A DNA stretch of 64,000 nucleotides from Acidobacteriota bacterium (GCA_004356105.1 SMYC01000142.1:11041-75040); one strand, 5' to 3'; shown: positions 17,552 through 27,647, counted from the first letter of the stretch. Program-made: numbers and translations. Notes: generated by a model not told the origin, from the letters alone.

Positions 17552-19879
17552 TCAGCTTTGCTGCAAGCGCCGCGCTGACTGAAGCTCGCGCTCCGCGTCT
17601 TCGACCCGACCTTGCCTGTTGTAGATATCGGCGAGGATGAAGTGGCCGAAGGGCGCCATCGAAGGATTCGGGCTGAGCTCGATGCCTCTAGAAGCGAGCT
17701 CCTGCGCTTTGTCCAAGTTCCCCGAATCGAGATGGAGCTTCGCGAGGTACAGATGGCCGATGGCGAAGCTTTCATTGGCCCCGATGGCGGCCTCGAAGTG
17801 TTCCTTCATTTTGCGCGGGCGCCCCGTCTGGCCGTAGAGCTTGCCGAGATTGAAGTGGGCTTTGAAACCTTTCGGCGAGACGTCGATCTCCTTCACGTAA
17901 GCTTCGATGGCCGCGTTCACATCGCCGCGCTCTTCGAAAATGAGAGCAAGGTTGTAATAGGCCGTGGGAAGCTCCGCGTTCATCTCGAGCGCGCGATGGA
18001 CTTCCTGCTCGGCGATGTCGAGCTCCTTCAAGCCGAAATAGCACTCCGCCATCAAATTGTGTAGCGGCGCCCGCTCGCTCCCGATATCGGCGACCTGTTT
18101 GAGAAGCTCGATCGCCTTCTCGAACTCGCTGCGGTTTGCATGGCTCTTGGCGAGCATGAAATGCGCGCGGCTGTCGCGCGGGTCGAGCTCGATGAGGCGT
18201 CGGTAACCGGCGTCGGCGTCATCGGGCCGTCCGAGCTCCTGATAGGTCAGGGCGAGGCCGAAGAGCGCGGGCGTGTATTCGGGGTCTCGAGCGAGCGCCT
18301 CTTGATAAGCTGCCAATGCCCGCTCGAGGTCACCGTCCTTCGTGAGAAGATTGCCCATGATGTTATGCGCTTCGAGGATGCCAGGGTCCTCGAGCAAGAC
18401 TTGCTCGATCTTGGCAATCGCTTCCGTGATGCGGCCCTCGCTCGAGTCCGAGCCCGCATCCTTGATCAAGTTGAACAAGCCGATCTTGTCCTTCGGATCG
18501 GCGAGCGGTCGGTCGGGATCGATGTTGACTTTCGATGGGCCGCCTAGATAACCGAGCGCGGCGAGCTGTTGCTGGGTTTCCGCGTCGAGTGTCTCGGGCG
18601 CCTGCTCGTCGATCCCTTCCACCCCGAGCTCTGCGATGAGCGCGTCGAGCTTCGCTTTCAGTCGGCCCACGGTCGCAGCGCGCTGGTTGGCCAAGTTCGT
18701 CTGCTGGCGCGGATCCTCACGAACATCGAAAAGCTCCGGTCGCGGCGCATCGATGAAGTGGAGCGACTCGTTGCGAATCGATTTCAGCTCCGACCATCCG
18801 TAGTGGTTGCGCGGGTAGAAAGATTCGCCATAGGCGTAGAGTCCGAGATCGTCCATCTCGCCGCTCGCGAGCGGGACGAGGCTCGTTCCTTGCACCGCCT
18901 CTGGCGCTTCGATACCCACGAGCTCGAGCAGCGTCGGCATCAAGTCGATCGATCGCACTTGAGCCCCGACGCGGCGGCCGCCGCCGAGTTGGCGGTATGG
19001 GGTCTTGAGGATGAACGGCACCCGCATTGTGGCGTCGTAGATGAAAAAGCCGTGCGTGTTCTCTTTGTGCTGGCCGAGGCTCTCGCCGTGGTCGGCGATG
19101 AAGACGACGATCGTATCGTCCTCGAGACCGTTCGTTTCGAGCCAATCGAAGAGCTCGCCCATGAGGCTGTCCACATAGGCGATCTCTGCGTCGTAGCGGC
19201 TCCCACGGTAGCCTTGATATTGGGAGAAGAAAGGCTCCGGCGCTTCCCAAGGTGTATGCGCGTCGTAGAAATGGAGCCACGAAAAGAACGGGCCGTCTTT
19301 GACGTCGTCCATCCACCCGAGGGCTTCTTCGAGCACTTCGCCCCCAGGTCGCTGTACGGTGTCGAGCGCGATTCTCTCGAATTTCTGAAAATCGAACTCG
19401 TCGTAATAGCGATCGAAACCTTGGCTCAGACCCCAGCGCGAGTCGAGAACGAAAGCGGCGACGAAGCCTCCCGTTTTGTAGCCGTTATCCCGGAGTGTCT
19501 CCGCCAGCGTCTGGTGCTTTTCGTCCAGATAGTAGCCGCCATTGTCGCGGACGCCGTGATACATGGGGAAAGTTCCCGTAAACATCGACGCATGGGAAGG
19601 GAGCGTGAGCGGTACGACGGTACTTGCGTTCTCGAACAAGACGCTCTCGGCGGCCATGGCATCGAGGTGGGGTGTGCGGACGCGTTCATAGCCGTAGGCC
19701 GGAAGGCGGTCTGCCCGGAGCGTGTCCGCCGTGACGAGCACGATGTTTACCCGGCGATACGGCTCGGGAATCGCTCGGCGCATGAGCCAAAAAAACGCGC
19801 CCACGAGAACCGCGCCGGCCGCAGCGGCAACTAGGAGCCCCTGACGATGACGGCGGGGTGTGCCCTTTTCCTTGCTCAT
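17552..19879 (-). CDS. Sulfatase-like (alkaline phosphatase superfamily) hydrolase with C-terminal TPR repeats
   Basis: N-terminal TM, LVTADTLRAD, PLTLPSHASMFTG, HFYDAH, IADHGE, VPFI; about 8 TPR-like units from residue ~480. Confidence 0.9.
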   Translation of the reverse strand: MSKEKGTPRRHRQGLLVAAAAGAVLVGAFFWLMRRAIPEPYRRVNIVLVTADTLRADRLPAYGYERVRTPHLDAMAAESVLFENASTVVPLTLPSHASMFTGTFPMYHGVRDNGGYYLDEKHQTLAETLRDNGYKTGGFVAAFVLDSRWGLSQGFDRYYDEFDFQKFERIALDTVQRPGGEVLEEALGWMDDVKDGPFFSWLHFYDAHTPWEAPEPFFSQYQGYRGSRYDAEIAYVDSLMGELFDWLETNGLEDDTIVVFIADHGESLGQHKENTHGFFIYDATMRVPFILKTPYRQLGGGRRVGAQVRSIDLMPTLLELVGIEAPEAVQGTSLVPLASGEMDDLGLYAYGESFYPRNHYGWSELKSIRNESLHFIDAPRPELFDVREDPRQQTNLANQRAATVGRLKAKLDALIAELGVEGIDEQAPETLDAETQQQLAALGYLGGPSKVNIDPDRPLADPKDKIGLFNLIKDAGSDSSEGRITEAIAKIEQVLLEDPGILEAHNIMGNLLTKDGDLERALAAYQEALARDPEYTPALFGLALTYQELGRPDDADAGYRRLIELDPRDSRAHFMLAKSHANRSEFEKAIELLKQVADIGSERAPLHNLMAECYFGLKELDIAEQEVHRALEMNAELPTAYYNLALIFEERGDVNAAIEAYVKEIDVSPKGFKAHFNLGKLYGQTGRPRKMKEHFEAAIGANESFAIGHLYLAKLHLDSGNLDKAQELASRGIELSPNPSMAPFGHFILADIYNRQGRVEDAERELQSARRLQQS

Positions 19880-20030
19880 CTCGGGTGCTATGCGATTCTA
19901 GCACTCCCTCCTTCTCTCGCACGTTGCTGTCACCCAGATGAAGCTTTGCCCTACACATCCCCGCATGCGCGAGTGTGGGAAGGCGCGACACCCTGACAGA
20001 ATGACGGCTAATGGACGTAGAATGCCCAAC

Positions 20031-21716
20031 ATGTCGCGAGCGTTGCTGTTTCAGCTCCTGTTTGGTCCCTTCATCGTACTCGCGAACGCCCAGGAAAAGC
20101 CCGTTTTTCGAGACGCGCTCGAAGGCTCCGGAATCGATTACATCAACGTTAGCGGTGAACCGGACAAGCGCACCATCGTCAGCACGCTAGGAAGTGGGGT
20201 CGCGATGTTCGACTACGACGAGGACGGCGACCTCGATCTTTATTTCGCGAATGGCGCGCGGCTCGCGGGCGGCCGTGTCGAAGAGGTCACGAGCGACCGT
20301 CTCTATCGAAACAACGGTGACTGGTCTTTCGAAGACGTCACCGCGCGCGCGGGCCTCGGAGACAGGGGCTGGGCGATGGGGGTCGCGGTGGGAGATGTCG
20401 ACAACGACGGTGCGCCCGATCTCTACGTGACGCGTATCGGCACAAACCTCCTCTATCGCAACCGTGGCGACGGAACGTTCGAGGAGATCGCAGAGGCCTC
20501 CGGTGTCGCCGACGGTGCGTGGGGTACGAGCGCCGCGTTCTTCGACGCCGAAGGTGACGGAGACCTCGATCTCTACGTCGCCAACTATATCGACATCGAT
20601 CTCGACGCTTTCCCGCCTCCGGGGCAAGAAGCGCGCTGCCAATGGTTCGGGCTCGACATCATGTGCGGGCCAAAGGGGCTAGAAGGGGCCTCGGATGTCT
20701 TCTTTCTGAACGAGGGGGACGGCAGCTTCTCGGATGGGACGGCGGCCGCCGGGTTGAGCGATCCGACCGGGGCTTATGCGCTCGGCGTGGTCATCGGCGA
20801 CTACGATGACGACGGGGATCTGGATGTTTATGTCGCCAACGATTCGGCGCCGAACTTCCTTTATCAAAACGACGGCTCGGGCCATTTTACCGAGACCGCG
20901 TTCTTGTCGGGCGTTGCGCTCTCGTCGGACGGCCTCGCCCAAGCGGGGATGGGGGTGGACATCGGGGATCTCAGCGGCGACGGACGGCTCGATCTCTTCG
21001 TCACCAACTTTTCCCATGAGACGAACAACGCGTATTTCAACCACGGCCATGGCCTCTTCATCGACAGTGTCGGGGCGGCGAACTTGCACGGGCCGAGCTG
21101 GTTCTCCCTCGGCTGGGGGACCCGCATGGTCGATTTCGATCACGACGGCGACCTCGATGTCTTCGTCGCGAACGGACATGTTTATCCCGGTGTCGATCGG
21201 AGCAATTTGAAGACGCGCTACCATCAGGCGAATCAGATCTTCTGGAACGACGGCACGGGTGTGTTCTCCGAACATGAGTTTGCCCAGGGTGACGCGATGA
21301 CGCGCATGGCCGCGAGTCGGTCGGCCGCATTCGGCGATGTCGATGGCGACGGCGATGTCGATGGCGTCATCGTGAATATCGATGCGGCGCCCTCGCTGCT
21401 CGTCAACGAGCTCGAGGGCGAGCGCCGGGGGGTGCTTTTCCGGCTCGTCGGGACCCGCGGCCCGCGCGACGCGATCGGCGCGCGTATCACTATCATTATC
21501 ACTGTCGAGGCGGGCCACGTCCGTCAAATGCGGGAGATCCACCCATCCGGGAGTTTCCTTGCGTCGAGCGATGGCCGCGCGCATTTCGGCTGGTCGGGCG
21601 AGGACTGGGTAGAACGTGTGCAGGTGCGCTGGCCCGGCGGCAGGGTCGAATCGTTCAGCGTGTCCGAGGCCGGGATCGTCATGACACTCGTGGAAGGGAC
21701 AGGAGTTTCTCGATGA
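20031..21716 (+). CDS. CRTAC1-family protein (FG-GAP/VCBS repeats plus ASPIC/UnbV domain)
   Basis: Repeated DxDxDGDxD motifs, NLLYRNRGDGTF, DAIGARI, GSFLASSD; signal peptide; start placed 7 nt after TAGAAT. Confidence 0.88.
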   Translation: MSRALLFQLLFGPFIVLANAQEKPVFRDALEGSGIDYINVSGEPDKRTIVSTLGSGVAMFDYDEDGDLDLYFANGARLAGGRVEEVTSDRLYRNNGDWSFEDVTARAGLGDRGWAMGVAVGDVDNDGAPDLYVTRIGTNLLYRNRGDGTFEEIAEASGVADGAWGTSAAFFDAEGDGDLDLYVANYIDIDLDAFPPPGQEARCQWFGLDIMCGPKGLEGASDVFFLNEGDGSFSDGTAAAGLSDPTGAYALGVVIGDYDDDGDLDVYVANDSAPNFLYQNDGSGHFTETAFLSGVALSSDGLAQAGMGVDIGDLSGDGRLDLFVTNFSHETNNAYFNHGHGLFIDSVGAANLHGPSWFSLGWGTRMVDFDHDGDLDVFVANGHVYPGVDRSNLKTRYHQANQIFWNDGTGVFSEHEFAQGDAMTRMAASRSAAFGDVDGDGDVDGVIVNIDAAPSLLVNELEGERRGVLFRLVGTRGPRDAIGARITIIITVEAGHVRQMREIHPSGSFLASSDGRAHFGWSGEDWVERVQVRWPGGRVESFSVSEAGIVMTLVEGTGVSR

Positions 21717-21731
21717 AGGTCCCCGGGGGGA

Positions 21732-21760
21732 TTGACAGGAGGCACCAGTTTCGGTACAAA
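21732..21760 (+). promoter_or_regulatory. Sigma70-like promoter TTGACA-17-TACAAA upstream of the TonB-dependent receptor
   Basis: Perfect -35, 17-nt spacer, 4/6 match at -10. Confidence 0.5.
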
Positions 21761-21902
21761 CGCTCCAATTGGTTGGACTTGAATCCACTGATGTGGATCT
21801 CGGGACGGGCAAGGCTCTAATTGGTCGTAAATGGATTTCGCGAAAACTCAATCCGGCCATGTACTTAGCGAGCACGACGCGTCACGTTCACGTTCAAAGC
21901 CG

Positions 21903-21918
21903 TGGCACAATGATTGCT
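21903..21918 (+). promoter_or_regulatory. Sigma54 (RpoN) -24/-12 promoter TGGCAC-AATGA-TTGCT
   Basis: Exact GG-N10-GC spacing and TGGCAC/TTGCW consensus, 63 nt upstream of the receptor start. Confidence 0.7.
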
Positions 21919-21981
21919 TTAGTTTATAGCGGGGGGTCCGTCGACTCTCCATTGTTTGATTCAGGCAGGAGGTACAAATTG

Positions 21982-24783
21982 ATGAGTAGCCGCTTGATAC
22001 TTCTGGGTCTCATTTTCGCGTTGCCGGCTGCCGTGATGGGGCAGGTCAATCTTGGCTCCATCGACGGCACGATCCGTGACGGATCAGGAGGTGTGCTGCC
22101 CGGCGCAACCTTGGTGCTGACGTCACCGGAGCTTCCGGGTGGTCCTCAAATGTTCACGACCAACGATCAGGGCCGGTATCGCTTCCGGAATCTTCCTCCG
22201 GGTGATTACCAGCTCACGATCGAGATGCCCGGATTCGCGACGTACCGGGAAGAAGGTCTCATTGTCACGCTAGGCGGCAACGTGGAGCGCAACGTCAATA
22301 TGAGCGTGGCGTCCGTCGCCGAGACCATCACGGTGACCGGCGAGAGCCCGATCGTCGACACCCGCAAGTCGGGTCTCTCCACGAACTACGACGACAGCAT
22401 GATGGAGAACATCCCTCTCCGTCGCTTCAGCATGTTCGACTTCACCAAGTCGGCGCCAGGAATGTCGGCGACGAACCCGACGAGCGGCTCGAGCACGCGT
22501 GTTTCCGCTTATGGGTCGAACACGGACGAAAACACCTATCTCATGGACGGCACGGACTTCACCGCACCGGTCTCAGGCGCGGCCTGGCCGTGGCCGGACA
22601 CGGACACCATCGAAGAGATCGAGATCATCTCCCTGGGCGCCTCGGCAGAGTACCAAGTCGGTGGCGGTGCGGTCTTCAATGCGATATCAAGGCAGGGCAC
22701 GAATGAAGTAAGGGTGGACGCCGCCTACTTCGGGATGTCCGACGCGATCACGTCCAAACCCATCAAAAGGGGTTGCGGCGGATGCCCCGATGGCGACGAG
22801 AACGGCGAGACCGGCTTCACCCGGGACAAGTACATCGACTTCACGACGCACGTGGGTGCACCCATCGTCAAGGACAAGGCTTGGATCTATGCCGGTTACC
22901 AGTACCTGCGGGACTATGACAACCAGCCCGGCACCGACCCTCGGTTTCCGAGGCAGTTCGAGGCGGATCGCATCAACTGGAAGTTCACGTGGCAGATTAC
23001 CGAGAACATGAAGTTCATGCATACCTACCACGACGACTACTGGGTCATCCCGCAGACGCCGAGCATCACGGCTCCTTTCGAGTCCATCCTGACGTTCGGC
23101 GGCCGCAATCCGTCCATTACGTTCGGTAACATCACCCACGTGCTCTCGCAGGATACGTTCTACGACGTGCGCGTGTCGGGCTTCTACTCGCCGGATGATT
23201 ATGCGAGGCCCAACGGTAACTTCGGCCAGTCGCGCCGCGAGGACACCGCCACGGGTCAGATCAGCGGCGGCCCTCCGTTCTCCGGTGGGTTCCGCCAGGC
23301 CCGTACTGCGGTCCACGGCAAGCTGTCCCACTATGCCTCGGACTGGATGGGCTCAGACCACGACTTCAAGTTCGGCGTCCAATACGTGGTCGGACAGCAC
23401 AGTGGTCACTACGGCTACACCAACGACATCATTTATTACGACTACAACGGTGCGCCCGACTACGCCTACATCCGTGAGCGCTACAACTACGGTGGCAAGT
23501 TCACGGACCTGGGATTCTTCGTGGAGGACATGGTCCATATCGGCGACCGGGCCACGGTTCAGATTGGAGTCCGCTACGATCGCGTCGAGGCCATCAGTCA
23601 GGATGTCCAGTTCATGGAGCAGGACGACCGGGGTGTGATCCCCGTTTCGGGACAGGAAGTGACGGGGCTGGGAACGCTCTATACGAACAACAACATCGCC
23701 CCCCGTATCGGCTTCAACATCAAGCTCGACAACGAGGGCAAAACCGTGCTGCGCGGAAACTGGGGGCTCTACTTCCGCCAGCCGATCACCGGTGAGATCG
23801 CAGCCGTCCACCCTGGCAACACGACGATTACAACGGCGTTCTTCGATCCGGCCACCGGCGGGTATACCGATATCGTCGATGTCTTCGATCCCCTTGTAAA
23901 TATCGGAGTCGCTTCCGATACGGTCTCACCGAGGACGAGCCAGTTCTCCATCGGAATCGATCGGGAGGTGACGAACGACATTGCCGTCGGGTTCACCTAT
24001 ATCCGGAAGGACGGCAGCAACTATAACGGCTGGATCACCCAGAATGCGTTGTACGAGCCCGGCCAGGTCACGTTGGATGACGGATCGCAACTCGACGTCT
24101 TTAACATTACGACGGACCCCAGCGATCGCTTCTATCTGCTCGGCAACTGTCCGTGTGGTCCTGAGTCGATGAACTTCCCCAACTTCTTCATGGACTATGA
24201 CGGTCTCGAGTTCAAGGTGACCAAGCGCATGGCGAATAATTGGCAGGCCTTGATCTCGTACAACTATTCTCATGTCCGTGGGCTCATGGGCCGCAACTAT
24301 GCCGGCCCCTCGAGTAGCCAGGAGAGCAGGGTACGCAGTGGCGCCATCGGTCGGGATCCCAACCAATTCACGAACGCGGAAGGGAACCTCCTCAACGATC
24401 GCCCCCACACGTTCATTTTCACCGGAACCTATGAGTTTCCAGGCATCGAGCTTCTCATCGGCGCCAACTACCGGTACTTTACCGGCAAGCCGTGGGCCTC
24501 TCAGGCCCGTCCGCGCCTGCCCCAAGGGCGGCAGCCCATCTATCTCGAGCCGTTGGGCTCGAGGCGGCTTTCGTCGCAGAACAACTTCGACTTGAGAATC
24601 TCGAAGATCTTCCGTTTCGGTGAGGCCGGGAAGTTTGAGATCTTCGCCGACATTCTCAATGTGCTGAACGAGACGGCGGAAGAGGATATCGAGTCGCGGA
24701 ACGCTTTCAGCAGCAACCTCGGAGTGGGCGACCGCTGGGTGGATCCGAGACGAGCGTTCGTCGGCGTAAAGTTCGCCTACTAG
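21982..24783 (+). CDS. TonB-dependent receptor, Oar-like, with an N-terminal carboxypeptidase-regulatory-like domain
   Basis: Signal peptide, GSIDGTIRDGSGGVLPGAT, GRYRFRNLPPG, ETITVTGESPIVD, IEEIEII..GASAEY, C-terminal PRRAFVGVKFAY; start moved to 21982 (AGGAGG upstream). Confidence 0.92.
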   Translation: MSSRLILLGLIFALPAAVMGQVNLGSIDGTIRDGSGGVLPGATLVLTSPELPGGPQMFTTNDQGRYRFRNLPPGDYQLTIEMPGFATYREEGLIVTLGGNVERNVNMSVASVAETITVTGESPIVDTRKSGLSTNYDDSMMENIPLRRFSMFDFTKSAPGMSATNPTSGSSTRVSAYGSNTDENTYLMDGTDFTAPVSGAAWPWPDTDTIEEIEIISLGASAEYQVGGGAVFNAISRQGTNEVRVDAAYFGMSDAITSKPIKRGCGGCPDGDENGETGFTRDKYIDFTTHVGAPIVKDKAWIYAGYQYLRDYDNQPGTDPRFPRQFEADRINWKFTWQITENMKFMHTYHDDYWVIPQTPSITAPFESILTFGGRNPSITFGNITHVLSQDTFYDVRVSGFYSPDDYARPNGNFGQSRREDTATGQISGGPPFSGGFRQARTAVHGKLSHYASDWMGSDHDFKFGVQYVVGQHSGHYGYTNDIIYYDYNGAPDYAYIRERYNYGGKFTDLGFFVEDMVHIGDRATVQIGVRYDRVEAISQDVQFMEQDDRGVIPVSGQEVTGLGTLYTNNNIAPRIGFNIKLDNEGKTVLRGNWGLYFRQPITGEIAAVHPGNTTITTAFFDPATGGYTDIVDVFDPLVNIGVASDTVSPRTSQFSIGIDREVTNDIAVGFTYIRKDGSNYNGWITQNALYEPGQVTLDDGSQLDVFNITTDPSDRFYLLGNCPCGPESMNFPNFFMDYDGLEFKVTKRMANNWQALISYNYSHVRGLMGRNYAGPSSSQESRVRSGAIGRDPNQFTNAEGNLLNDRPHTFIFTGTYEFPGIELLIGANYRYFTGKPWASQARPRLPQGRQPIYLEPLGSRRLSSQNNFDLRISKIFRFGEAGKFEIFADILNVLNETAEEDIESRNAFSSNLGVGDRWVDPRRAFVGVKFAY

Positions 24784-24804
24784 CGCATCGAGGAGTTTGA
24801 CTCC

Positions 24805-24834
24805 ATGGCGGGGCTTCGGCCCCGCCATTTTTTT
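24805..24834 (+). terminator. Rho-independent terminator after the receptor
   Basis: ATGGCGGGGC-TTCG-GCCCCGCCAT (cUUCGg loop) followed by a T run. Confidence 0.9.
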
Positions 24835-24838
24835 GTGT

Positions 24839-27643
24839 CTAGCGCGCGCTCCGGTACTCGGCGAGACGCGCGCGGATGGCTCGTGCGAGCGCTTCGTCAG
24901 GAGGCGCCAGCCGGAAGGCTTTCTCGGCTGCCGTGGCGGCTCGCTCGAAGTCTCCCGCGGCGGCGTAGGCCTGCGACAGCGTGTCGAGCACCTCGGCGCT
25001 TTGTTCGTCGGTCGCTCCTGCGGCGGATTCCGCGAGCCGGATAGCGCGCTCCGGATCGCGGCGGCTCGGGTCGTCATGTGACGCGAGCACACCCGAAAGC
25101 CCGACCTGAGCGGAAATAGATTCCGGATCCGCCGCGAGCGCCGCCTCGAAGTGCTCGATAGCATCATCGAGACGGCCCGCCAGCTTGAGCGCCCAGCCCA
25201 AGTTGTTCTGTGCCGAAGGTGTGGCGGCGTCTTCCGTCGAGATCGCCTGCTCGAAGGCTTCGATGGCTTCGTCCTGTCTTCCCAGGGAGGCGAGCGCGAT
25301 GCCGAGGTTGTTGAGCGCCTCGCCGTAGCGCGGCTCTATCGCGATCGCACGACGGTAGCTCGCCATCGCATCCTGCGTCCGTTCCGCGGCTTGGTGCACA
25401 AGCCCGAGGTTGTAGTGGGCCTCCGCGCGATCGGGCTCGAGGCCAATCGCCCGGCGAAAGCTCGCGGCCGCGTCGTCGGAGCGGCCCTGCAGGACCAGGA
25501 CGTTTCCTAGAGCGATGTGCGCGTCGGGGAGCCTCGGCTCTAGGGACAGCGCTTTGCGGTGCTCGGCGGCAGCCTCGTCGAGCCGGCCCTCCTCCTTGAG
25601 AGCGACGCCGAGGTTGTTGTGCGCGCGCGCGAACCCGGCGTCGATCTCAATCGCCCGTCGGTAGTGAAACATCGCCTCATCGATTCCGCCGTGGGGAAAA
25701 AGCGCGTTGGCGAGATAGTAGTGGGCGGTGCTGGAGTCGGGTTCGAACCGCACGAGCTGGCGGTAGTGCTCGACTTCTTCGGCCTCCGATTGTTCCGGTA
25801 TACGCGTGGTCGTCCCATCGAGCAGGTAATGTTCGACGAGGGCCGCGAGGGGCTTCTCGCGCTCGTCCTCGAACATGTAGAAGCGGTAGCCGAAATGCTC
25901 CAGCCGCGTTTCGAGCATGTCGTCGAGCCCGATCTGCGCGAACTGGCGCACGAGCATGTATTTGCTGTCGAGCGCGCCGAAGAGCTCCGGGAGCGCCCAG
26001 TCGGCTCTTGCTTTCGTCAGGACGTCGGCGGCCACCATTTGCGTCGTAGGATGCCAGCTTCGCAGCCACAAAAGCGTGGCCGCCGTGGTCCTCTCTATCT
26101 CAGTCGCTTCGTACTGCGCGCCGTACCACTGTTCGAGCTTCGCCAACGTCCAGGCGAGCGTCTCCCGAACGTGGCACATGTTGCACGCGTTCGGCTGATT
26201 CGCCTCGATCATCTCGCGGTTCGTCGGGCTGAAGATCATGTGCGTGCGCACCATCGCCTGCAGCCCCTCGTTGATACGCGGCATGTGGCAGTTCATACAG
26301 CGGCTGCCGGTGCTTCCCATGGGATGGCGCGTGTGGCCGACGCGCTCGGGCTCGGGCTCGAGCTCGGTGTGGCACTTCAGGCACAACCCATCGTCCTCGT
26401 CCGGCGTTCTCGACCACGCCTTCCCCGTGGTCTCGTGCGGGTTGTGGCAATCGATGCAGCGCAACATCGCGCGCTCCGGCTCGTCGGACCGGTAGCATGC
26501 GCCTTTCATCGCGTCGCTGTGCTCGGTCGAGTTCCATGTGCCCATCCCGGCGGCGTACTCGAAGCGTGTGCCCTGGTGGCACCGGCCGCAGGTCCAGTTC
26601 TGGTTGACCGGATTGCGCGCCAAATCCACCGCCGGGTCGGTGCCGTCGATGAAGAGCCGCGGGCTCGTGGGGAACATGCGCGGCAGTATCGCCCCTCCGC
26701 TCTCGACGTGCGCGCGGTTGCCGTAGTGGCACGCCTCGCAGCTGATACCCGACGTGAGCTCCCACACGGGGGCTTTCTTGTGGGTAATGCGCAGCAAAAG
26801 CTCTTGCACGTCATCCAGCTCGAGCCGCGACGGGTCCTTGCCGGCTAGAAGCTCCGCGTGGTTGTCGGCGACGTAAGATCTCAGGTCGAACGAGAAGCCG
26901 CGCGGGCTCATGGGAAAGGACGGCTGGCGGTGGATGAGCCAGTCGCCCGTCGGCATGGTCGTGTGGCACTGAGAGCAGGACTGCGCATAATCGTGGACCG
27001 CGGGCTGCGTGAACGGATCGCGCCGCATGGCATCGATGAGGCTGGGCTCGCCTTCACGGGTTTTCTCCACGTGCACGACGGGAACCCACTGGGTGTAGTC
27101 GAGCCAGTAGCCGAACGGGAGCACGTGCTCGGACCGATAGATTCTGTGCCCCATCGGCTCCGGCCCTTCGATCTGGAGGCCCACGTAGTACTGAAAGAAT
27201 CTCGATCCGATGGTCTGCGTGACGTGGTACGTCCGCCCCGTGTCGCCCCGGACGAGACGCATGAGGTATCGATCGTTCTCCCGCGCGAACGTGGCGCGCC
27301 CGCCGAAATAGTCGATAAAAGCATGCCCGGAAAAATCGCCTTTGACGGTCGCTTCGGTGGCGGGCGCGTTCATGAAGCGGTGACGGTGTTGCGACCAGCG
27401 CTGGTACTTGTCCTCGTGGCACGTCTTGCAGGCCTGCGGGCCCATGAAATCCGCGGGCTCGATGTTGCTGAAATCCGCGGTCGAGAGGCTGCTCCGTTTC
27501 ACAGATTCCGGGACGTCGTCCCACCAGTAGCGGATGTCTGGATCGCGGGAGACCTGGAAGACGCGCGACTGCTGGCTCGACGACGTGGTGGCGAGCAGAA
27601 CGGTGACGAGGGCCACTCCGAGGCAGCAGGACGCGGTCCGCAC
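24839..27643 (-). CDS. Exported multiheme c-type cytochrome (8 CxxCH) with a C-terminal TPR array
   Basis: CKTCH, CSQCH, CEACH, CGRCH, CIDCH, CLKCH, CMNCH, CNMCH; about 8 TPRs after residue ~630; start moved to GTG 27643 (GGAG 7 nt upstream). Confidence 0.9.
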   Translation of the reverse strand: MRTASCCLGVALVTVLLATTSSSQQSRVFQVSRDPDIRYWWDDVPESVKRSSLSTADFSNIEPADFMGPQACKTCHEDKYQRWSQHRHRFMNAPATEATVKGDFSGHAFIDYFGGRATFARENDRYLMRLVRGDTGRTYHVTQTIGSRFFQYYVGLQIEGPEPMGHRIYRSEHVLPFGYWLDYTQWVPVVHVEKTREGEPSLIDAMRRDPFTQPAVHDYAQSCSQCHTTMPTGDWLIHRQPSFPMSPRGFSFDLRSYVADNHAELLAGKDPSRLELDDVQELLLRITHKKAPVWELTSGISCEACHYGNRAHVESGGAILPRMFPTSPRLFIDGTDPAVDLARNPVNQNWTCGRCHQGTRFEYAAGMGTWNSTEHSDAMKGACYRSDEPERAMLRCIDCHNPHETTGKAWSRTPDEDDGLCLKCHTELEPEPERVGHTRHPMGSTGSRCMNCHMPRINEGLQAMVRTHMIFSPTNREMIEANQPNACNMCHVRETLAWTLAKLEQWYGAQYEATEIERTTAATLLWLRSWHPTTQMVAADVLTKARADWALPELFGALDSKYMLVRQFAQIGLDDMLETRLEHFGYRFYMFEDEREKPLAALVEHYLLDGTTTRIPEQSEAEEVEHYRQLVRFEPDSSTAHYYLANALFPHGGIDEAMFHYRRAIEIDAGFARAHNNLGVALKEEGRLDEAAAEHRKALSLEPRLPDAHIALGNVLVLQGRSDDAAASFRRAIGLEPDRAEAHYNLGLVHQAAERTQDAMASYRRAIAIEPRYGEALNNLGIALASLGRQDEAIEAFEQAISTEDAATPSAQNNLGWALKLAGRLDDAIEHFEAALAADPESISAQVGLSGVLASHDDPSRRDPERAIRLAESAAGATDEQSAEVLDTLSQAYAAAGDFERAATAAEKAFRLAPPDEALARAIRARLAEYRSAR

Positions 27644-27647
27644 CGGG

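Noticed and set aside
18569-19834. 421-aa plus-strand ORF (likewise 25559-26848, 29980-31290, 45447-46667)
   Set aside because: All lie opposite well-supported genes and lack RBS or family motifs
19885-19904. GTGCTA-N8-TAGCAC dyad resembling CIRCE half-sites
   Set aside because: Orientation and spacing are wrong for TTAGCACTC-N9-GAGTGCTAA, and the neighbours are not chaperones; it could still be another operator
21485-21502. (TATCAY)x3 micro-repeat giving ITIIIT in the CRTAC1 gene
   Set aside because: A short in-frame slippage duplication with no sign of function
21717-21981. Long leader of the TonB receptor considered as a riboswitch (cobalamin, TPP)
   Set aside because: No recognisable conserved boxes; better explained by sigma54 promoter architecture; an Rfam/Infernal scan would settle it
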